A stretch of DNA of 64,000 nt from a virus: positions 1-64,000 of IMG/VR virus record IMGVR_UViG_3300025108_004223. One strand, 5' to 3'. The notes beneath the pieces were generated by a model. It was not told the DNA's origin, did no database searches, and was given only the letters and a program-made list of their open reading frames with translations. Made by a program: the position numbers and the translations under genes. This document shows positions 57,891-64,000 of this stretch, in pieces. Each line of letters begins with the position of its first letter. Positions within the stretch are counted from its first letter, which is position 1.

Positions 57891-59372
57891 TTAAAATATC
57901 CCCGGTAATGTTCTCATATTTTTATACTCGTAATATTCACCGCCCGGTGTATCACCTGAAAAATATATAGTTTTGTTATTTTGCAATAACTCATTGAATA
58001 GATCAATGAATGCCACTTGAGCATCAAAGTCTGGTGAGTTAATATAGTTAATCTCATATTGCCATATATTACTTAGTTGCAATAATGCTTTACAATCTTT
58101 GCCTATTAACTCGCTTAAACGTTTCCATTCTTTTACTATATCAATTTTAATAAACTGATGATCAAGTGTTTTAATAAAGTCCCAATGCTCTAGCCATTCT
58201 TCTTCATTCTTATAACTTCTAATAAAGTCTAATGCATTTTCTTCATCATACCAAATAAATTCGTCACTTGGTAATCCTAGATCTGTAATAACATGGAAGT
58301 TATCTTTATAAAATTTTGGAAAGTCTTTACCATCCCAATTTTCTAATAGGTGTTTTGTCCACCCAATTCCAAATGGGCTAAAGTCTGTCCATAATATACG
58401 TTTTATTGTATCACGTTGATGGCTAATATGTTTAAATTGATGTAGCCCGCTACAAGGAGCAACAAGTGTGTCAATTCCTAATGGGTCACCTTGTGGCACC
58501 ATTTCTGTATTAGTAACATACATGATGTGTGTATCCATGACCTTGTATTGAAATAATTCACGCTTGTCATTATTTACTAAATTATATCCATAACTACGAC
58601 TCTCGTCAAGACTAAGTCTTGTGTTAAAGTCATAATCAAAAAACCATTCTTTTGTAAATTCTAAATCATCTTCTACATAACAACATATCTTATGTTTACG
58701 TATATCATAATCTAAGTTATGTATTGTTAACCCATTTAAAAATGCTAACGGAAATAATGTATTAAAAAAGTCATCATTAAAATCTTCTGGCTTATCAACT
58801 AGTTTCCATTGGTGGCCGGCCAACACTGCATCTTTGGCAGATACCCACATTGGAGTATAATCGTCATGCATGTGTTCAGCTGATGATCTATAACTTGGAT
58901 GTTGTTGCAATTGATCGCCAATGTTCTCTAAACTTTCAAAATGTGCTAACAAAGGTTCGAATGTTTTAAGGTTAAGAACAATACATTGCTCGTGCCATTG
59001 TGGAGCATCTGTGCCACGTTGTAATATATGTCCTGCAGCTAACCAATTAGTTTCGTTCCATTTGTTATCTATTGCATTTATTACTTCTTCGTCAAACTCT
59101 GTTTCACCTGGCCAATTTCCATCAAACCAAATCACAGCATTTTGATATCCGAGAATACATAGATGTCTGATAACATCTCCAAAAAATCCTTGACTATATC
59201 TATCACAATGCAAGAAAGAATATTCTGTGCTATTGTTAATATTGATTTGCATAAGTTTTTTCAGTTTGCCTGCATAAGCATCTTCATCTTTTAAAGCAGG
59301 ATGTAATACTTCATTGAAGAACACATGAACTATCTTATTATCTTTTAACTCTGGTTTTAATTTTAAATACAC
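57891..59372 (-). CDS. Two-domain unknown protein (paralog A)
   Basis: Shares ordered blocks with 59372-60826: GY..A..WF.G.WP, W..AG, Y..NTE, W.DF, W.G.DFP, SNI..Y. Confidence 0.6.
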   Translation of the reverse strand: MYLKLKPELKDNKIVHVFFNEVLHPALKDEDAYAGKLKKLMQININNSTEYSFLHCDRYSQGFFGDVIRHLCILGYQNAVIWFDGNWPGETEFDEEVINAIDNKWNETNWLAAGHILQRGTDAPQWHEQCIVLNLKTFEPLLAHFESLENIGDQLQQHPSYRSSAEHMHDDYTPMWVSAKDAVLAGHQWKLVDKPEDFNDDFFNTLFPLAFLNGLTIHNLDYDIRKHKICCYVEDDLEFTKEWFFDYDFNTRLSLDESRSYGYNLVNNDKRELFQYKVMDTHIMYVTNTEMVPQGDPLGIDTLVAPCSGLHQFKHISHQRDTIKRILWTDFSPFGIGWTKHLLENWDGKDFPKFYKDNFHVITDLGLPSDEFIWYDEENALDFIRSYKNEEEWLEHWDFIKTLDHQFIKIDIVKEWKRLSELIGKDCKALLQLSNIWQYEINYINSPDFDAQVAFIDLFNELLQNNKTIYFSGDTPGGEYYEYKNMRTLPGIF

Positions 59373-60826
59373 TATTCTAATCCTATTCCTCTATTATCTG
59401 TTGCACTAAGAACAACATTTGCTGGACACATTAAATCATTATCGTTTATATCAGTTCCACTGAACCAACTATCTTCGTGTGTGCTACACACTTTTTCTAT
59501 CATTTCTATAAAACTTTTTTCTAATGCAAAAGGTTTTGCCATTAGCTTTGGTGTGATATAACTATAAATATTACTACTCCAAAATAAAGTCTTTTTATTT
59601 TTTATTTGCTTAAACATTTCAGTATGTTTGTAAATTAAATCTACATTGAAATATTGATGTTCGCATTGTTTTACTTTGTTCCAAAATTCTAACCATTTAA
59701 CTGGTCCGTCAAAATAATCAATTACTGTTGACCAACGCTCGTGTGCCATTGAACGCAATCTATCATTACAACCAGGATGTGCATGAACCCACTTATCTAC
59801 CCATGCAGGAAAATCTTCTCCATTCCAATGCGTAATAGTATCACGTTTAAATTGCACACTATCTGCATCAAAATCAAACCATACAAAACTTGTATTCTCT
59901 GTCATTCCATACTTGTAAGCATAGTATAGAAGCTTAAATCCCGCCGTGCAGCCTACATATTGATCAAACTTAGTATCTAGTGCTTGCGGAGAAATACTTG
60001 GACTGCTAGGCTCTGTATTAACAAAATATATAGGACTAGTAGGTCCGTGTATCCTATTTATTAATCTGTTACCGGTATTAGAAACAACACTAGTGTCGTA
60101 ATTTTGTCCCATAATACCTTTTTCAAATTCAACAGAACCTATATGTGCTTTTGACATAAACACATGATCCATAAGTTTGTTTGATAATCCCCATACTGTA
60201 AGATTATGTATAAAACTCCACTGCACCCAATTTGCACTAAAATTATGTTGATTTATGAATTGTTTTTCGGTTGGTGTATCTGTCCAATCCCAATCTGGAT
60301 CAATATTAAGTCTATATTTGCTATCTTCATAATCTTTGTTTGAATCATAATTTACCCAGTCTGGATGATTTTCCGATACATAAAATGGACTTAGACTTTT
60401 ATTGTCATTCCACTTTGTTATGTTTATAATGATAAATGTTCTTGTAAAATATGGGTATACATTATCATCTGCTTGTAGTTGTCCTGCTAGTATCCATTCT
60501 GGATCTTCTTTATTGTATCTATCTATTTCATCCAGTAATGATAAATTAAATTCTTCGTCGTCTGGCCAAACTCCTTCAAACCATAAACATGCATACTTAT
60601 ATCCTAACTTACCCATTGCAGTTATCCATGTTGAATCATATTGATTGTATACATTTACAATACCGCCACGTAAATGATTATTACATTCAACGTCTTGTAT
60701 GATTCCTAGTTTTTGTTTTAATATAGGTGTGTTGTTAAGTTCTTTATCTAAAGGTAAAAATGCATGAACAATAGGCCATGCTATATCTACATGGCTATAT
60801 TCCCAACTTTGTTGACCTTGTTTCAT
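59372..60826 (-). CDS. Two-domain unknown protein (paralog B)
   Basis: Same blocks as paralog A; 1 nt stop/start overlap. Confidence 0.6.
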   Translation of the reverse strand: MKQGQQSWEYSHVDIAWPIVHAFLPLDKELNNTPILKQKLGIIQDVECNNHLRGGIVNVYNQYDSTWITAMGKLGYKYACLWFEGVWPDDEEFNLSLLDEIDRYNKEDPEWILAGQLQADDNVYPYFTRTFIIINITKWNDNKSLSPFYVSENHPDWVNYDSNKDYEDSKYRLNIDPDWDWTDTPTEKQFINQHNFSANWVQWSFIHNLTVWGLSNKLMDHVFMSKAHIGSVEFEKGIMGQNYDTSVVSNTGNRLINRIHGPTSPIYFVNTEPSSPSISPQALDTKFDQYVGCTAGFKLLYYAYKYGMTENTSFVWFDFDADSVQFKRDTITHWNGEDFPAWVDKWVHAHPGCNDRLRSMAHERWSTVIDYFDGPVKWLEFWNKVKQCEHQYFNVDLIYKHTEMFKQIKNKKTLFWSSNIYSYITPKLMAKPFALEKSFIEMIEKVCSTHEDSWFSGTDINDNDLMCPANVVLSATDNRGIGLE

Positions 60827-60947
60827 TTGATTGTCCTGTCTACTTCATATTCATCAATATACATAATTGCAAGTCCACCTGCATTACCTACTACTATCCC
60901 TAATAACAACGCAAGGAGCATAACAGAAAAAAATTGTAATGCACCTT

Positions 60948-62183
60948 TCATTTACTTTGTCTTTCGTTTTCTTTTGCTACTACATCCATACCCTCAAGTG
61001 GCATGTCCATATAATTTCTAATCATTTGTTTTAGGCTAGTATCTTGTTTATATCGTTCTTCTATATCACGTGTATACTTTCGCATACGAGCATAAATCAT
61101 ATAATCACTTTTATTGTTTTCCATGTATGTTGCAAACCTATTCATTTCAGGATGTTCTACTTCGTGGTGTCTTAACTTTTCAATAATAGCTTGCCTGTAT
61201 TCATTTTGCCACACTGCTGGTGACAAATACTTAGGTGTTTGCAATATGTTAGCAGTAATAAACTTTAGGTCAACTGGGCTATCTTTCCAAAACTGAAAGA
61301 ACTCTGGCATTTGATATATGTTGTGTGCTTGCACTGTAATACCAGCAGCAACATCAATTCCAGGTTCGTTGTTTAGTGCCATCATGTTGGCGTAAACTGT
61401 ATCCCAATCGCCGTCTTGTCTAATGTAGTTGTATACATCTCCAATACCATCCATGCTTACTTTTATATTTACGTGTTTAAATTCGTTCCATATTTTAATC
61501 AAGTCATATTTCTTAAATTTAATATAACTTAGGTTACTTGCATAACGCAAACGTATACGCTTCTTTGCTTCTGCAGGAATACCTTCCAACAAGTCGTAAT
61601 GTTCTTTGTTGATAATAGGTTCACCACCTGTAAACTGTAGTGTATGCACATGGTCCCATAGTTCAGGCCATTCATTTAAACTTGCAAACAAATCTGTTGG
61701 TCTTAGCAGTCTAGTTTCGTATCCATCTGCTTGATATTTTTTAAGTATGTCTAAGTCAGCTACACGCTTATAAGAACTATGTGTGCTACACATAATGCAT
61801 TTTAAGTTACAGAAGTTACTTACTTTAAGTTCTACCCAATAAGGCGCATTGTTAACGCTGTAATCGTTGTTTACGCTTATCTTATCTGCAAATGTATTCC
61901 AGTTGTCATGTTCCCATTGTTGACGGTTGCTAACGATTCCACTGTCCTCATTGTGCCAGCACACTGCACAGCGTTCCGGTCTTTCGTCATTTGCTAAGGC
62001 CCTTCTTAGCTCTTTATAGTTGTCGTTATTCCAGCTCTCAATTGCTGACTCGCCTGGGTTGTTCAATGGGATCTCTTGTGCTTCGCAACATGGAACCATG
62101 TCACCACCAGCACTGCCATAGATATGCATATACGGTAACATGCAAAAACTTTTGCTATTTTTGAGATCTTCTTTGTTAATCAT
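60948..62183 (-). CDS. Radical SAM protein with N-terminal twitch/SPASM-like domain
   Basis: FCMLPY...PCC...CAVCW; CNLKCIMC; FTGGEP. Confidence 0.9.
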   Translation of the reverse strand: MINKEDLKNSKSFCMLPYMHIYGSAGGDMVPCCEAQEIPLNNPGESAIESWNNDNYKELRRALANDERPERCAVCWHNEDSGIVSNRQQWEHDNWNTFADKISVNNDYSVNNAPYWVELKVSNFCNLKCIMCSTHSSYKRVADLDILKKYQADGYETRLLRPTDLFASLNEWPELWDHVHTLQFTGGEPIINKEHYDLLEGIPAEAKKRIRLRYASNLSYIKFKKYDLIKIWNEFKHVNIKVSMDGIGDVYNYIRQDGDWDTVYANMMALNNEPGIDVAAGITVQAHNIYQMPEFFQFWKDSPVDLKFITANILQTPKYLSPAVWQNEYRQAIIEKLRHHEVEHPEMNRFATYMENNKSDYMIYARMRKYTRDIEERYKQDTSLKQMIRNYMDMPLEGMDVVAKENERQSK

Positions 62184-63400
62184 TAGTAAGGTATATACTC
62201 TATTCTATCTTTATACTCTGCTTCACACAAAGTTTTTAATCTGCGTATGCATGGCTCGTTAAAATCAAAGCCACGTATTTTCCAAATGTGTTTTAGGTTA
62301 GCCAAGTAAGCCGCACTAAAATCTTCTACACCATTTGGCTTGCACAAGTCTTCTACTAGCTTCTTCATCTTGTTAACACGGTTGGGATTGATAACAGTTT
62401 CGTTATACTGATAACGAAATGCGTCTAGTAGTTTTTCTTTAAACCAATCAGGCCAGTGTGTAACACTAAGATTGTTTGGTTCGTATACTGTTTGTAGTAT
62501 AACATTATTTACTTTCTTTACATTGCGGGCCCAAACAACAAAGTCATATAGATATAGTATATTCATAACACTAATTGTGCATGCTATATTAACTTTAACC
62601 TTGTCTGGATACTGTTGCTTGAATGCTAACCATTTGTCTAATGTATCTTCTGTCTTTTCCCATGTGCTAGGATAACGTATCATGGAATTAAGTTCACCAT
62701 GTGCATCCATACTCATGCTAAGTGTAAGTTCCTTGAATTGGAACAATGCATCGTATTCTGCTTTCTTGGGCCACCATGTGCAATTACTAAATATTTCCAT
62801 TTGTATCTGTGGAGCCAATCCTGCGTCTGCTAATCTTACAACAAACTTCATAAACTGTGGATGTAGGAATGGTTCGCCACCTGTTACTTTCATATGCTTT
62901 AGATGTTTTAACGCATCTAAGTCAATCTCATCAAAGTTTACAACTTGATTCTTTTTTAGTTTAGCTATTAAATCAATTGCCGCTTGTGAGTTTTTGTTAA
63001 ACTTCAAGTAGTCGTCATCCCACTTGTGACTCCACTCTGGTCCACATGTTTGACAGGTCAAGTTGCATAGTCTACCCACTGTAATTTCTAAATACTCTAA
63101 ACGCACCTCATCAGTAAAGTCATTAAAGAACTCGTCTGCTTCAGTTCGCATGCTACTACCTTTGGTTTCCTCGTCTGCTTTACATTTATAACAACCTTCA
63201 TGCCATTCATTACGCATCATAGTTTCACGTATATCAGTGAACATCTCACCATACACGTTAACATGTTCCTTGTCGCTTTCTTCTAAAAATCTATCATGAA
63301 ATCTACAACATGGAGTTGTTGGAACTCCATGCATAATCATGCCTGCTTTAAAAGGATACGCACATGCGTTTTTAGGTAGTTTTTTTGACATTAGAGCCAA
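62183..63400 (-). CDS. Radical SAM protein with N-terminal twitch/SPASM-like domain
   Basis: CAYPF...PCC...CYKC; CNLTCQTC; VTGGEP. Confidence 0.9.
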   Translation of the reverse strand: MALMSKKLPKNACAYPFKAGMIMHGVPTTPCCRFHDRFLEESDKEHVNVYGEMFTDIRETMMRNEWHEGCYKCKADEETKGSSMRTEADEFFNDFTDEVRLEYLEITVGRLCNLTCQTCGPEWSHKWDDDYLKFNKNSQAAIDLIAKLKKNQVVNFDEIDLDALKHLKHMKVTGGEPFLHPQFMKFVVRLADAGLAPQIQMEIFSNCTWWPKKAEYDALFQFKELTLSMSMDAHGELNSMIRYPSTWEKTEDTLDKWLAFKQQYPDKVKVNIACTISVMNILYLYDFVVWARNVKKVNNVILQTVYEPNNLSVTHWPDWFKEKLLDAFRYQYNETVINPNRVNKMKKLVEDLCKPNGVEDFSAAYLANLKHIWKIRGFDFNEPCIRRLKTLCEAEYKDRIEYIPY

Positions 63401-64000
63401 GTGCCTTTTTGTTTATAGTTTTTAAGTGCATGTCTAATATTCACTCTATTATACACACCGTCTTTTTTAAATCGTTTCCACTGCTCTGCCTCTGGTGCTT
63501 GTGCAATGTGAATTGTATTAGTTGGTTGTAGTCCATAATGCTCACAGAGCAGTATATGTTCTTTCATATACTTCTTGGGCATAGTGTCAGGACTAAAGTT
63601 TTTCATAAGCTCGTTTGCAATGCATACATTTAAATGAATGCCATGTTTCCATTCTGTTTGCACTGCTAATGCACCTTCGTTAAGTTTGCTGAATACAATA
63701 CCTGCACGCCAGTTGCCACAGCTAAGACCTTTTGTAGTGCTGAACGCAACCATCTTAATACAATCTCTAGCCAAGTTAATCTCAATTCCATGACAAGTTC
63801 CAAACCACGCCATGTCTACAAATACAGGAATGTTATTAGCATCACAAAAGTCTAGTGTTTCTTCCATTTTGCTATGCTTTGCACCTGTGCCACTAAATGG
63901 TAAACTAATAAGCAATGCATCTCCTGTGCTTAATGGTGTGTCGTCTACATATCGCTGACCTATCCATTCTTCACCAAGTATAGCATCTCTGTTGTATGGG
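63391..64000 (-). CDS. Fold-type I PLP-dependent enzyme, 5' end outside the window
   Basis: FVDMAWFG and FSTTKG (PLP Lys). The frame stays open from 63915 to the window edge. Confidence 0.65.
   Translation of the reverse strand, partial: PYNRDAILGEEWIGQRYVDDTPLSTGDALLISLPFSGTGAKHSKMEETLDFCDANNIPVFVDMAWFGTCHGIEINLARDCIKMVAFSTTKGLSCGNWRAGIVFSKLNEGALAVQTEWKHGIHLNVCIANELMKNFSPDTMPKKYMKEHILLCEHYGLQPTNTIHIAQAPEAEQWKRFKKDGVYNRVNIRHALKNYKQKGTWL

Noticed and set aside
681-62948. Numerous 60-150 aa ORFs antisense to or nested in larger genes (e.g. 1114-1320, 3271-3723, 7361-7729, 18609-19022, 50160-50489)
   Set aside because: They shadow well-supported genes on the opposite strand or another frame, lack RBS and motifs, and are expected from codon bias and low-complexity tracts.
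1-64000. CRISPR array, tRNA, rRNA, transposase or integrase
   Set aside because: No regularly spaced repeats, cloverleafs or mobile-element motifs were seen. Intergenic gaps are short and explained by promoters and terminators.
1-64000. Stop-codon reassignment as in some jumbo phages
   Set aside because: Long conserved genes (PolB, ThyA, clamp loader) are intact under the standard code, and TAA, TAG and TGA all end genes at sensible positions.
1-64000. Bacterial chromosome or prophage origin because of many host-like metabolic genes
   Set aside because: PolB, gp44-like clamp loader, DsbA-like protein, DnaE fragment, T4-like late motifs and extreme gene packing point to a lytic large phage.

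Overview
This is a 64 kb, AT-rich, gene-dense slice of a large lytic tailed phage, most likely a T4-related jumbo phage of the lineage that carries both a family-B polymerase and a DnaE fragment. It is not a cellular chromosome. Layout: (1) 0-15 kb, a block of probable head/internal virion proteins sharing an M(K/R)(I/L)x(E/D)(I/V) N-terminus, including a CCA-adding enzyme, an LPD23/zincin polyvalent protein and a PD-(D/E)xK-like protein, with two radical SAM genes interleaved. (2) 15-44 kb, replication and metabolic genes: dsbA-like, PolB, clamp loader, DnaE fragment, queD, UDP-glucose dehydrogenase fusion, ferredoxin/NfuA/IscA, APRT, MazG-like, GroES, ClpP, DHFR, ThyA, a MotA/MotB-like membrane module and several glycan-tailoring-like enzymes. 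(3) 44-50.6 kb, early and envelope-related genes behind near-consensus sigma70 promoters. (4) 50.7-64 kb, a tightly packed minus-strand cluster of six radical SAM enzymes, a stand-alone SPASM protein, two Asp/Asn-beta-hydroxylase-like oxygenases, an SDR, a lipase, two paralogous unknowns and a PLP enzyme that runs off the window. Ten radical SAM genes occur in total. The best candidate new systems are a phage-encoded radical SAM/2OG tailoring pathway with its own Fe-S supply, capsid-targeted enzyme cargo including a tRNA CCA-adding enzyme, and a phage MotAB/TolQR-like module. No tRNA, rRNA, CRISPR array or mobile element was recognised. All calls come from motif reading by eye; no searches were run.
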